Positions 51,459-64,000 of a stretch of DNA of 64,000 nt are shown here, one piece after another (the first letter of the stretch is position 1; the number at the start of each line of letters is the position of its first letter). The DNA comes from Antedon mediterranea (Eukaryota > Animalia > Echinodermata). A model generated the notes under the pieces. The model ran no database searches. It was not told the DNA's origin and worked only from the letters and a program-made list of their open reading frames with translations. The stretch spans positions 20,990,912 to 21,054,911 of the forward strand of contig NC_092675.1 of NCBI RefSeq assembly GCF_964355755.1, written 5' to 3'. The position numbers and the translations under genes were made by a program.

Positions 51459-51714
51459 AACATCTTTCTCCGAATGAAATTATTTGTTTTACGAATTTAA
51501 AACATTCATTATTATTTTTTATAACACAACCAAGTGTAACGTCTTGATGATGATGATGATGATGATGATGATAAAAGTTCAATAGAGTAATAATATTGAA
51601 TATCATAATACCCACAATCCTCCAATCAAATGACAAAAAATCTATAAAGGCGTGTTATAATAATAGGAAAAAGTATAATCGACAAAGCAAGAACATAATA
51701 TTTCGAAACACATA

Positions 51715-52180
51715 CCGTAAATCTTCTAATTGTAACCCTGGGTTATTATTTTTTGATTGTTTTTTAGGGTGGGTTACTATTAGAAGGGGGCTACTATTAG
51801 AGTAGTGGGTTACTATTACTAATCTTAAATTAGGCACCTGAAAATAGTAACCCACCCCCAACTTTTCCGGTCAGCAACTCATAGCAGAATAATAAAACAG
51901 TACGAATAAATACATTTGTTTGAACTCTAACTTTATTTTATAAACTCAAAAACACTCAATCCTCATACTCCCTTATTTTCAAAATACGGCTGCATCATAA
52001 ACGACCAGTCTTCATAATGTCATTTTGTCAATAGTTTTAATATTAACCCCCATGGATTACTATTAGAGTAGTGGGTTATTATTATAGATTGACTTATAAG
52101 GTGGGTTACTATTAGAAGGTGGGTTACTATTAGAGTGTGGGTTACTATTAGAGTGTGGGTTACTATTAAAAGATTTACGG
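51715..52180. mobile_element. Complete Tc2/pogo-like MITE
   Basis: TA|CCGTAAATCTTCTAATTGTAACCC...GGGTTACTATTAAAAGATTTACGG|TA. Confidence 0.85.
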
Positions 52181-54195
52181 TATTCATGTTAAGTTACGTT
52201 GACTCGTCTCCTGTTGTAATCTCATATAATATTCAAATGAGCACCAAAATTGCGGTAAATGATGAAAATAAAATGCGAATTATCATAACATTTGTTTTTA
52301 TTTATAAATGTACATTTTTACATGAATCACATACATTTGTACAAAACATAGATCTTGTAAGTATTTCATAACATTTGCTGGTCGTATTGAAAAATATCTA
52401 TCATTAATCAAGGTATTTTGTGTATAATTTTCACAACAAACTAAAATAAAGTAACACAATGATATAGTATAATGTATTGAATAATAATTTTTGGGATTCA
52501 AAGTGTTAATTTTCATATTGCAGAACACAGAGGCATTATCTGGCATTATCAACATTACAAATGTTGTAAACACATATAAAATTGCCTACCTATAATTTTG
52601 GTCATTACAACTAATTCACTGTTAGTCTACGAATTCCAATGACGCTAATATTACTAAGCATTGGAAAAAAAATAGCATTTTTCTATAACTCCGACAATTA
52701 ACAATACCTATGTGATGTAGTGTTAAAATCTTCTAATGTGATTTTCGATATTCTATTTGCAATTGTGATGTGATGAAAAAAATAAAAACAATTTTGTTCG
52801 AAAAATGAATACTTTACATCTAGTGTACACATATACAAGTTTAAGCAACCATCTTTACTTATGATGATGTACTATAACTAATTTTACTCTATAAGAAAAT
52901 CAGCACACTTTTACAATAAAATAGATGATTTTTGTGTTTAGCATACATATACAATCTCAATTATCATACAAAAATAGGTTTCTATGTTTTTAAAGCAAAT
53001 GAATCTTCTTTTTTTAATACTAGCAATACAACATAAACACATTAACACTTTTAAATTGTGTAATACTATAAATTTTAGTCTAATTTTAGATAGATTCAAT
53101 TAAACAATTTACCCTAAAAAAAAAAAGAGGCGGGTCAATTTTTTTCTTATGGTATAGCACTTTTTTTTCTCATAAATATAAATTTATATAAATCACAGGT
53201 GTAGTAATTAACATTCTTACAAAAAATCATTTATTACAATTTTGTATTAACAAATATCAATAAACAAAAATAATATAAAAAACAGTTGTGAAAATTTCAT
53301 TTTCTAAAAATAAAAGGCACTGAATTTGTGTAATAACTATAATAACAGTTTTTCAATTTTTTGTTGAAATAAAGTATTCTTTATGTCAAAAGTTGTGCTG
53401 TATACACAAAATTAGGATATAGTTTTACATATACAAACATTTGAATTGATAAAAACTAAATCATAAATAAGGTCCATTTTGGAAATTGAGAAGTTAAGTT
53501 AAAAATATAAAATTTTCATTCAATAATTTAGTTAACTTTTGTGAAAATACTATTAAGGGATTACAAGAACCAGTAAAAATTACTAATTTTTGATACAATT
53601 ACAAACAGTTTTACAATTGGGAATGAGCGCAGTGGTTATGTATCATAGTGGATAATATCCATTATTAAAGGGCATACAACAACCACATACATTTAAGAAA
53701 AAATGTTTTCAAAATATGTATAAAACTGACATTGCGTTTAGTTATCAAGCAATCAAGATTTGCATATATCTTTGAATTTCTTGTATAAATTATTTTTTAA
53801 TGTTGTTAATTGTTTTTATTATTTCATGTGGTTAAGTTTGGTTACATTACTTCTTTGGTGGTGCATTTAATTTATAATTATTATTTATCAGATAACAAAC
53901 TTACGATAGCTCCGCCCTTAAAATTTCTATTTTTTATTATAAAATATAAAAACACTGATAATAAACCCACATTTTTCGTCAGCGGTAAAGCAGAGTGTTG
54001 TGAAATAAACCTTCCAGACTTTTTTCATACTGTTTTAAGATAGGAAATTCACCGAAATCGAAAATCAATAAAATTACTATGCTAATACTATGAAAAAGTC
54101 TTTGTAGCGCTACTTTGGGGCTTCTTCCACGGTGCTCATTCTGCTTTACCACTGCCAAAAGATAAGTGGGTGCTGTAGTAAATGTTGTTGACATA

Positions 54196-54303
54196 AGCTC
54201 TGTCTACACTATCAAACTAGTTTGGCTTAAATATGGTAGCGATATGACATCATCATGTCCATATATAGGCACATCACATTTTGTTGATAGTGTAGACAGA
54301 GCT
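54196..54303. mobile_element. Short palindromic MITE of about 110 bp, multi-copy family
   Basis: AGCTCTGTCTACACTATCAA...TTGATAGTGTAGACAGAGCT. Relatives at about 7610-7665, 54840-54912, 56318-56450 and 62088-62352. Confidence 0.75.
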
Positions 54304-54403
54304 TTAGTTTATATTTATAGAAACTTTATACTCGGAGCTACCCTTTAATAATATAATAATGTATATATTATGTTTGAGAATAAAAGGGCAATCTTTTTAG
54401 TAA

Positions 54404-57400
54404 TCAGTACTGGGTGACATCATCTTGTTTGGAAATCAATGCATCCAGAAGTTTCAGCTGCTTTTTCAAATGCTATAGAATAAAGACAAATTGTTTAATT
54501 GTTTAGTGTGAAAAAATTCATCATTCAAACCTATTCATAACATATAAGGTTTCAATTTATTTGAAACAAACACTTTCTGAACTCAGTGTATCTTTGCTAT
54601 TTGATTGCAAGTATGAAATTGTTGCATGCCAATTGACATGTTATAAAAAATGAAAGCTTTCTTTTAAAATTCATCTGTTGTCTGCATCTAGAAACATCAA
54701 ACCTGTGTCCAGGTAAGGAGTGAGCACTCATGTGCCAATATCTCCATATGCACAGAATTAATAAGCATGACATAGTTTGATCGACAGCAAATTAAAGGCT
54801 CCCTTAAGCTCCGTCTACAATATAAAATTAGTTGTTTGATGCCCAAATATGGAATTGATATGCCCAAATAGTAGTGATATGTCACATAAAGTTTGATAGT
54901 GTAGAAAGAGCTTTATATATCGACTGTAATAAAAAACTATGCAGTGATAGTGTATACATTTAATTTAAAGCCATATCTATTTGTGTATGCAATTACCTTG
55001 TATTGCTCATAATCTTCTCCCACTGGTGCCCAATCTTCCTTCATCAGCTTCCTTCCTTTCTCATGCACAAACATGTCTTCAAAATCTTTCAGTTTCTTAC
55101 GGAGTTGCTTTTTGTCTTGTCTTGCTTGCCGTTGTTTTGTAAGTAATTCATCCCTAGCAAAAAAAATTAATACATTTTGGGCTGTCATTAAAAACCATAT
55201 GACAGAATAGAGAATTACTTTCATACAATTGAGTGTTTCATGCTCATGCACTGTTTTCTAATAAAATAAATCCCTGTTTCTGAAACAACAATTGATTGGT
55301 TGTTATATCTGAACTCGGGTGGAAAAATGATGTTATTCTTATGCATAAACTTTAAAAGAAAAAGACTGCTAGGCTTAGAACATGTGTAGAGTAGTTTTTA
55401 AGATGGAATAAATAGCCTAAATGTATATACAAAGAAGATGTGTCCAAAAAACAAAAATGGTAGTCTATTTGTAAACCATCTGTACCTATTCAAATAAAAA
55501 CCTAATCATTTTCTCAACCAAACAGGATAGGTAGCACCATTATTAAGAGGAGAAACAACAAGAGGATATATATATTTTAACAGGGCTCCCTATTCAGCGG
55601 AAATCTCTAGGGTATATATATATCACTTTTATTCAATTCAATAAAATCTATATGTAACATCTCGTGGCTATAAGGCCAAATTGCTAGTTACAAACTGCAT
55701 TAAAATGGTACCTATCAAAATTAAACATGCACAGAGACATTAAAATGTAAAAAAAAAGAAAAACTGAATAAAAAGCGTCCAATTTGCAAGAGAATTCCTA
55801 ATCTTAATAACTTACAAGGAAGCTTGATGTAGTGTTAGATCTTGTTCCATTTTAACAGTTCCTAACAGACCTGGACTTGGAGATAGATCATCCAAACTCC
55901 TAGGACTTGAGAATGAGCTTGAATCGTCTGGAAGCTTTTGAGTTACAGTAAACAAACGATCCGAATAGTCATTTTGATTGGTGGAAGTCTGAAAAATAAA
56001 ACAGTTTGGTTATTCATTCATAATAATATATATGAATGATCAGTTCTACCAATTCCTAATTATTTAAAGACACAGTGTGTCATAGTGTTTTGTTAAACAT
56101 TTACTTACTGCTAACATAAAATAAATAAAAATATGCAAAAATTACAAAACATGCTTGATTCATACTTAATCAAAAGATTATACTACACTCACATGTGGAC
56201 GCATGTCAAAGTTCCAACACACCTAGGTCTATATAAACTAGCATTGACTGTCGCATGTGACACAATCAATGCAAACAAAATTGCTGTCATGCCTCGTGTG
56301 AACCAAGCTTAAACAATGGTCTGTCCACACTATCAAACTTTATGTGACAAAAAAATGTGATGTGCCCTATATATCGACACGACGATGTCATATCACTGCC
56401 ATATTTGGGCACATCACACTTTTTTGTCAAACTAGTTTGATAGTCTAGGCTTAAAAGGTTAGAATTAGTGTAAACTAACCAGTGAAGTTTTGCCAACAAA
56501 CTCTAATGTTTCTTCGCCTTCTTCTATAGTTTGCAAGTCACATGATGCTGCTCGAGGCTCATCTAATTTTCTTTCCTGCAAAAAGAAAATAAAAAATAAT
56601 AATCAACATTTCTACCAATTCCTAATTATTTAAAGACACATTGTGTCATAGTGTTTTGTTAAACATTAATGCTAACATAATGACACATAGTGTAACATAG
56701 TGTTTTGTTAAACATCTACTTAATGCTAACATAATGAAACATAGTGTTTTGTTAAACATCTACTTAATGCTAACATAATGACACATAGTGTAACATAGTG
56801 TTTTGTTAAACATCTACTTAATGCTAACATAATGACACATAGTTTGTCATAGTGTTTTGTTAAACATCTACTTAATGCTAACATAATGACACATAGTGTA
56901 ACTGACGCCCGTATTCTTAAACCGGACTTTAGTCGTAGTTCGAGCTAAAACTAAAAAAATGACGTCATTTTAATTCATAAACCGAACTTCAACTAAATCA
57001 CCGACTAAATCAGGCCAACCTCGACTAAATCGAGACGGATTTTGATCGATTTTTTTAGTCCTGGAGGGGGCAGACTAAATGGTCGACTAAATGGTTTTTA
57101 AACGATGTTTATAAAAAACGTAACAGTCATTGAGTTGTTATATTGGCCAGATATTGAAGAATGAAATATCTATATTTATATTAGCTTAATTAAATATACA
57201 TTGGTATAAATTATAATAATGAAAATCATCTTTATTTACAACTGTATACAAATTACATTATTTTCTTCGCGCAAGTCCGACGACTTGAGCTACGTCACGC
57301 CATAGCGACAATGGGAGATGCGGCAATTCACCACGCGATGGAATGTTTAGGGGGCCTAGCGCTTTCTTGTCACGCTATGAAGTGCGTGGTTCGTGGCGAT

Positions 57401-60400
57401 CATAGTTTGTTGGGGGCCTAGAAAATATAAAAGTTACCGTACCGCCATGGTTCCTAAATATATTTTTAAGATTTTATTTGTTGTTAATCAAATATAGTTC
57501 ACTGTTAAATTAATACTGATATTGTTCTAATAATTAACGATTAAAATTATTTTTCATGTATATAGTCCTGATGCGTAAAAAGTGTTGTAAGAAATGGAAA
57601 GTGATATCAATGCGCAAAATTTCTTCTGCTCCTCAATACTCTCTTGTCATTGGCCAATGTATAGCCTTTGTTACCCAGACGTGTGCAACTCGACTAAAAG
57701 CTCGACTTCATTAAGTCGAACTGCAAACTTCGACTACTTTGTTTTTGAATCGAATTTGAAGTAATAGCTCGAACTACGACTTTTCCAAGTCAAACTTCGA
57801 ACTACGACTAAAGTCCGGTTTAAGAATACGGGCGATAGTGTTTTGTTAAACATCTACTTAATGCTAACATAATGACACATAGTTTGTCATAGTGTTTTGT
57901 TAAACATCTACTTATTGCTAACATAATGACACATCGCGTGTGATAGTGTTTTGGTAAACGTTTACTTAATGCTAACATAATGACAGATAGTGTGGCATAG
58001 TGTTTTGTTAAACATCTACTAAATGCTAACATAATGACACATAGTGTGTCATAGTGTTTTGGTAAACATCTACTTAATGCTAACATAATGACACATAGTG
58101 TAACATAGTGTTTTGTAACATAATGACAAGTGTCATGTTTTTTTTCTTTGTCATCAACCAAATGCTAACTTACAAATCTTGCTATGATCTTCTTTATATT
58201 ACGATATCTGTCATACAATGGTCTCATTAGGTCCTTGTCTGCTTTGCTTTTCTAGGGAAAAAAAATGATAATGATCATAAACAAATGAATGCAAATATTA
58301 GGTGAAGTGTTTTTGACAAGTCAACACATAGTGTTTAGTGTCAGTTTGTATAGTTAAACATCTTTTCTACATGCACTTAAAATAATTCAAATTATTAAAT
58401 ATTGTTAAAAAACTCACTGGTCTGCCATAGTCACTTTCTAGCTGAAGTAATACTTTTTGGATTGCAACTTTTTCTTCTTGGACTTCTTCATATGTCATTG
58501 CCTAAAAACAAATAAAGAAAAAACAAATAAACTCCACTTTACCATTAACTGATATTAGATTATTAATATTATGGTTTAATGTTTCCACCTGACTACTCCC
58601 TAAAACCCAAAGAACTACCGCCCAGAACACCATTAACCCCTGTGGACAATAGTTATACAGAAGGGATAGCTGTACAGTTCAATCTCACCACACTGACGGC
58701 CTAGAAAATTGTATTGTGAAATTGCGTGGGGTACTTTTCAAAGTGGGAGGTAAGTAAGTAAGTAATATTTATTGCTTTCCAAATACAGTACAAATAAATA
58801 AAACAGTATAATGTAAATGAAATAAAAAGAGAAACATTAAATATAAAAATACAAGACTAGACAAGAAAATGAGCATGGAAAGCAGGGGATGGCCCTTTAA
58901 GCCCAGAGGCTTGTTTCCAAAGGGTCCCCAACATAATAAAATAATATTACTATAATTATACAAATATATGGATCTATTATTATTTTATACAGTATTACAA
59001 ATTAATTTAATTACATGTTAGATTTATGCCGAATTCTGATAATCATTATTATTACAAAAATATCTACTATTATTTACAAGAAAAGTCAATCATAATTTTA
59101 GGTCTATTTAGGTCTGCATATTTGTTAATAAAATGTAATAATGAAATTTAGCTATTTTCATAACAATTTAAATAATTTCCTAGTTCAGATGTTGGTTTAT
59201 TGTATACTCCACATTTCACAGATAGTACTCTAGAGGGTTTGTGTCAGCCGAATTATTAAGATTTGGTCCAGATTCTTTTATTCTTTCTAGCTCATATTCC
59301 ACAAAATCATCAAACAAACTCGGCCATGCTTCATTGTCATCGTAATTACTAAGATCTGATCCGATAACCTCTGTAAAATTCAAGAACATTTGCCAAGTAT
59401 CACGTGAAATTCCTCGCACGTCATTCTGTTGCAGAAAGTTACACCAGCGATCAAGTATCGGCGGTACGCGATTTGTAAAAACTAGACGCCATAATGGTAT
59501 TGCAATTTCTGTAGGTAGGGAGCGCTGTCCTCGATCAGATTCCAAGCCAAAGTTGAATGTATATCTGTATAAATCTTTAAATTTTGAGTCCTCCTCAACT
59601 TCTTTCTTCAACTCTACAAATTTGGACTTTAAACGTTCCATCGTATCAACCTTTAAAAGTTTAAATCCAGCGATAAATTCACTACGTGTGAATCGACACA
59701 TCATAGATGCATTAAATTTCCAAGCAATAATCAACATAATTATATTTTCTGGATCAACTATCAAGTCCTGACAAAATTTCTCCATCCCTTCAGAAAGAAT
59801 AGAGTCTTCCGGACCATCCTTATAAGTTTCAAACAAAAGGTTTATCCTAGCTTCGGAACATTCCAATTTTGGTATAGACGGGGGTTGTGTTTCAATGCCA
59901 TTACTAGTCCTTATATGTCCTGCTTTTTGCTTTTCGTGCCCATTGAACACACCGCCTTTCCATGCACGTGGGTCAAGCGACTCTTTTGGAATAATTGGTG
60001 CTGGGATAGATTTAGTCAGACTACGACGTTCGACTGTGTCCAGAGTTTGACCGTTGTTTCCATTTTGTCCATTTGTGCCAGTATCTGATGGCCTGCAACA
60101 AGATTGGCACTTTCCCATTGGTTTAACTGTCGTTAACAATTAGACGACAAACAGAAACAATTTTTCCACTAGCCTCTGATAGTTTTTTTTCTAAAAATCT
60201 TCTATATTTCCATAAAACATTTTACATAACAACAACAGCAACAAAGAAGAAAGACCCAACCGACACACAGAATAGACAAAAAGAACAGGGGGATATTTTC
60301 CAGGGAGTAGTTTGATAAAATCTACCAACCTGAAGATCATAAGTTCTATGACTCTCTTGCCGTTTCTTTTCCAGAGTATCTTGAGCTTTCTTTAGGGCGT

Positions 60401-63400
60401 CTACTTTACCTAATTCACCAATATTTTCTTCACTAAATAAGTTCCTATGTTCACTGGTTGGTCTACTATCTGTCTGATCCTCATTGTAATCATCATTTCT
60501 TGCATTTTCTTTAAGTTCTGTAAATTAGAAAAAGCAATGCTTATATTATCATTGCACGAATATAGTAAACATTCTCATGCTTCCAGATAAATATAAAGCT
60601 GTCTCTTCAAAACAAAAGGTAGTAAAAGGCATGCCTGTCAGCCTCAGATAAAGTATTAAACAATCTGTTCACCTGCTGGTGTTTGAATTACATGAACTAC
60701 TTATTTTATCCAAAACATAATCACAGTAAAAAATATGAAAGGATCAGGAAGACTTTGTAAATTTGGGTAAACTGAGCAATCACAAAATAAAAGAAATTGG
60801 ATTCTAAATCAGCTAGAGTATGTGGTTGTTAGCGCCTTCAGCACTTTTATTAGACATGTGTGCTATATTAATTATTATTATTAAGTCACAAATCCTTAAT
60901 AGGTAGTTTATTCCGAAAGATTTTCAATGTGAATTCTTACTTTTCATTTCTTTATTAGCACATTTTAAGTCAGTCATAATCTTTTTAATATCTGGATTAC
61001 TAGCTTTATCACTATGTGAAGGTTTGAAGCCGTTTTCTTCATAAAATTGTTCTTCAAAGCGTCGGATTTTTTTCTTCATTCCTCTGATTTTTTTGAGAAG
61101 CTGTTTTGTTTCTGCACTTTCACTACTGTCCACTCGCAAAGACCTATTTTAAGAGGAAAACATTATGATTATTTATTTCATGTTTTATTTTAAAATTAAA
61201 ACCATGTGTACATAAGTAAGAACAGATTGCGTGGTATGCACAATTTATGTGCAATCTTAAATCCAAACCCAATGGGATATGTTTAAAGAGTACAGTATTG
61301 TAAACATTAAGTATTTTAATCATATTATTACACATGCCACAAGCAAAAATCAAAACAAAATACCATTACAATTACAACCAAATCTCTCAAAACCGGTCAT
61401 CCACACTTCAATAAAATAGTTTAACAAAATTGTGGTTTTCGCAGAATCTGGTTTTGAGAGAGGTTGACCAAGGACTTAACACATTGACTGCCAAGGCATT
61501 TTCCGTAATTTCTGTCCCAGTGCCAAGTCCCGTTTACATATTAAATTACAGTTTGAAAGTGTAACATTTGGTCACAGACTATCATGATGTCATTCAAAAT
61601 ACGATGGCGGGAAAAACCGTTGAGACGTATAAATACGTCACTGGCAATGGTCCAACAATTTTATTGACTTTGCCAGGAACGTAAATATACGTCGGGGATT
61701 TTCCGCGCTAAAATCGGTCAAACCTATCATCGAGAGATAAAAACAGTAAACCACACTGAATCATTTCATCCTTTATTATTTTTATTTACTATTAGCGCAA
61801 TTTATGACATGTTTGAGATGATTATATTGAGTGTGAGGGCGCCATCGTATCAACCATATTCAATGCATGAGGAAATAAACACAAACAAACATATGACATT
61901 TATTTTTAGATTATCGTTTACGTACATCATTCATAAACTGCCATGCGATAATTCCTGTTCCAATCACCACTGCCAGCGATTCTACATACAATACAAAAGT
62001 GCTACGATTTTGACGTAGTATTACGTCTTGGCAAGTAGCGACACGCAATTTTTGACGTATAAATACGCCGTGGCAGTGAACGTGTTAAGCTCTGTCTGCA
62101 CTATCAAACTAGTTTGACAAAAAAAAGTGTGATGTGCTCAAATATGGTAGTGATAAGATATCATCATGTCCATATATGGGCACATCACATTTTATTGTCA
62201 CATAATGTTTGATAGACCTTTAACAAAAAAAGTATGATGTGCCCAAATATGGTAGTGATATGCCTAAATATGGTAGTGATATGACATCATCATGTCCATA
62301 TATGGGCACATCACATTTTTGTTTGATAATGTTTGATAGTGTAGACAGACCTTTAACAAAATAAACTTTGCAAGCAATACATACCCTTTAAGGTATGGTT
62401 GTGAGTTTGGTGGTGACGGTGGAACATCTGTATCCTCAGGAACACTAGAAAGCATAACGTTAGTTTTAGCAAACACATCACATAAATACATCATTACACC
62501 ATGCTATCAAGCATACAGTTACCATGTGAATAAGTGCTTGTTTGAATACAAGGTATTTCAAGATTAACAAATAGGCTTAGTTAATTAAACAGAGCACTAA
62601 ACTCAATGAGTTTCTGGACCTTTATTTTTGTATTTTATTTAACTCAAAAAAGTCATTCAATGATGTTCATGAGTAAACAATATACTGCCATGTGAAACCA
62701 TGCTAGGCTATTGTAGTTTCAAAATCAATCAATTAGCTCTTGTAGTAGTGGAAACACATGGCATGGCTTCAACTTAGGATGCTTATTATCAAAAAAAAAT
62801 ATTTTAATTGAACCATTATATTGGATAATAAAAGGAATCTGTATGTATATTAATTTCAGTTTTAGAAATCATTGTTTTCATATTAGTCAAATTATATCTT
62901 GGAAGAGGTGTATACTATACACTGTAGCAATATGCAAATCAACAAATAAAGAAGGAAAATGGGGCACTTATTCACATAGGTAATTGTACATTGTTATATA
63001 CATTCTATTAATCCAAACAAAAATACAAAGATCCTAAGTTTTCATGCTTTCATGAAATAAGTGTAAATATACACTAAATAAGTCTTAGCAAAAAAAAAAA
63101 AAAAAAACATAATGCATTTATAAAAATTATTGTATTGATACCGGTATATTTAAAATACAGAACTAAACTCAAAATTTAGTATGCTGTATGGCAGAGTATA
63201 ATCCCATATTCAAGAATAATCCCAATCCCACCCTCTAATTTAGGCTGAATTCAGACACAATACTTAATAGTAAATCTATTTAATGCAATCTGAGTATAGC
63301 TCTACCACCACTCTAATTTTGTACCTTAGCCCCATGGGACTATTCTCAGACATTCACGATATATACAACTAATTCCTCCTATATTATTTGATTGGTTGAT

Positions 63401-63522
63401 TTGAAATCAAGGTAATATAAATGGTTACCCAGAGGTTCTTTGCAACTTGCTGGAACGTGGTGATAGCAATGCTTCTCCTTCTGTTTTCAAATTCACTTTG
63501 GTTTTCCAAGACTGTACTGGCT
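54404..63522 (-). CDS. FAM13: FAM13-family protein, 3' part (5' exons lie beyond the window)
   Basis: Phase-consistent exons 63429-63522, 62385-62444, 60941-61143, 60330-60517, 58418-58501, 58174-58251, 56480-56575, 55816-55988, 54997-55153, 54404-54472. Motifs DTDVPPSPP, KKKIRRFEEQF..ENGFKPSHSDK, EKVAIQKVLL..ESDYGRP, MRPLYDRYR, KKQLRKKLKDFED.F...GRK and YKHLKKQLKLLDALISK match FAM13A/B/C C-termini. Confidence 0.92.
56640..58130. repeat. 54-bp tandem repeat, about 10 copies, split by a MITE
   Basis: Unit ATAGTGTTTTGTTAAACATCTACTTAATGCTAACATAATGACACATAGTGTAAC on both sides of 56906-57834. Confidence 0.9.
56906..57834. mobile_element. 930-bp TIR element inserted in the 54-bp array
   Basis: 37-bp perfect TIRs CGCCCGTATTCTTAAACCGGACTTTAGTCGTAGTTCG. 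The array resumes in register after it. Confidence 0.85.
59216..60118 (-). CDS. DCUN1D3: DCN1-like protein 3 (cullin neddylation co-E3), 300 aa, intronless, nested in a FAM13 intron
   Basis: The likely start is MGKCQSCC (myristoylation/palmitoylation-type N-terminus typical of DCNL3), not the non-ATG start of the ORF track. PONY/cullin-binding domain motifs: EGMEKFCQDL.VDP, AWKF.A..MCRFTR.EF, FKDLYRYTFNFGL, RGISRDTWQMFLNF, YDDNEAWPSLFDDFVE. Confidence 0.93.
   Translation of the reverse strand: MGKCQSCCRPSDTGTNGQNGNNGQTLDTVERRSLTKSIPAPIIPKESLDPRAWKGGVFNGHEKQKAGHIRTSNGIETQPPSIPKLECSEARINLLFETYKDGPEDSILSEGMEKFCQDLIVDPENIIMLIIAWKFNASMMCRFTRSEFIAGFKLLKVDTMERLKSKFVELKKEVEEDSKFKDLYRYTFNFGLESDRGQRSLPTEIAIPLWRLVFTNRVPPILDRWCNFLQQNDVRGISRDTWQMFLNFTEVIGSDLSNYDDNEAWPSLFDDFVEYELERIKESGPNLNNSADTNPLEYYL
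61480..62084. mobile_element. piggyBac-like MITE with TTAA target site
   Basis: TTAA|CACATTGACTGCCA...TGGCAGTGAACGTG|TTAA, with internal GACGTATAAATACG repeats. Confidence 0.75.
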
Positions 63523-64000
63523 CTATTATAACAGACAATCACAAATACTATGAATAATGCACACACTAATAAGATATTCTTTCATTTTGCATTTAATCAG
63601 TAGGGGCTGTAATCACATCTATGTAAAGATAAAATGTTGTATAATTTTAATCTATTAAAGATAGTACTGAATATCATAATTAAATAAAAATGTGTACAAA
63701 TGAAGATGAGAAAATTGCATCCTTTAAACATTTATTATCTACTGTTTAGTGTTTTTTTTTGTTTTTAAATAAAAGAAATAAATAATATAATAAGAACACT
63801 GTATAGGATCAAGTATAATCCCATGCTTTGGTAATCCCACCCACTAATTCAGGGTAAATTATAACATCACATTACTGATGTTAATGGCAAGTAATAGCTT
63901 AATGACAATAATAAAATACAAACATTTTACACCAGATAGACAAATACAGTAGAACACTATTAAAGGAACAACCCCAAAAAAGTGTGAACTGTGAAAAGGG

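Noticed and set aside
50885-51636. ORFs over the 61-bp repeat and the poly-His ORF 51415-51636
   Set aside because: They derive from the minisatellite and a (GAT)n microsatellite, start at non-ATG codons and have no splice support.
57820-58161. 113-aa repetitive ORF
   Set aside because: It is the translation of the 54-bp intronic tandem repeat.
60118-60330. In-frame FAM13-DCUN1D3 fusion through the acceptor-like acag 8 nt before the DCUN1D3 ATG
   Set aside because: The FAM13 donor is phase 0, so the junction would be out of frame, and the MG lipidation motif needs a free N-terminus.

Overview
AT-rich, intron-rich animal DNA, probably a marine invertebrate deuterostome such as an echinoderm (inferred from gene structure and repeat families). 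Exons were assembled by hand from GT-AG boundaries and phase. Minus strand: a complete 12-exon ERLIN gene (687-9062), a single-exon arylamine N-acetyltransferase (11850-12740), a complete bifunctional PAPS synthase (20143-46447) with up to four phase-compatible first coding exons, the 3' part of a FAM13-family gene (54404 to beyond 63522), and an intronless DCUN1D3-like gene nested on the same strand in a FAM13 intron (59216-60118). Plus strand: a two-exon coiled-coil protein with a C-terminal transmembrane segment that I cannot assign to a family (16859-18291). Between PAPSS and FAM13 is a cluster of six full-length U4 snRNA genes, one truncated copy and an orphan promoter element (46935-50694), all invisible in the ORF track. 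Introns and spacers carry many non-autonomous DNA transposons, SINEs, a Penelope-like inverted repeat and three minisatellites. Superfamily labels for repeats come from termini and TSDs only. No CRISPR, rRNA or credible tRNA genes were found.
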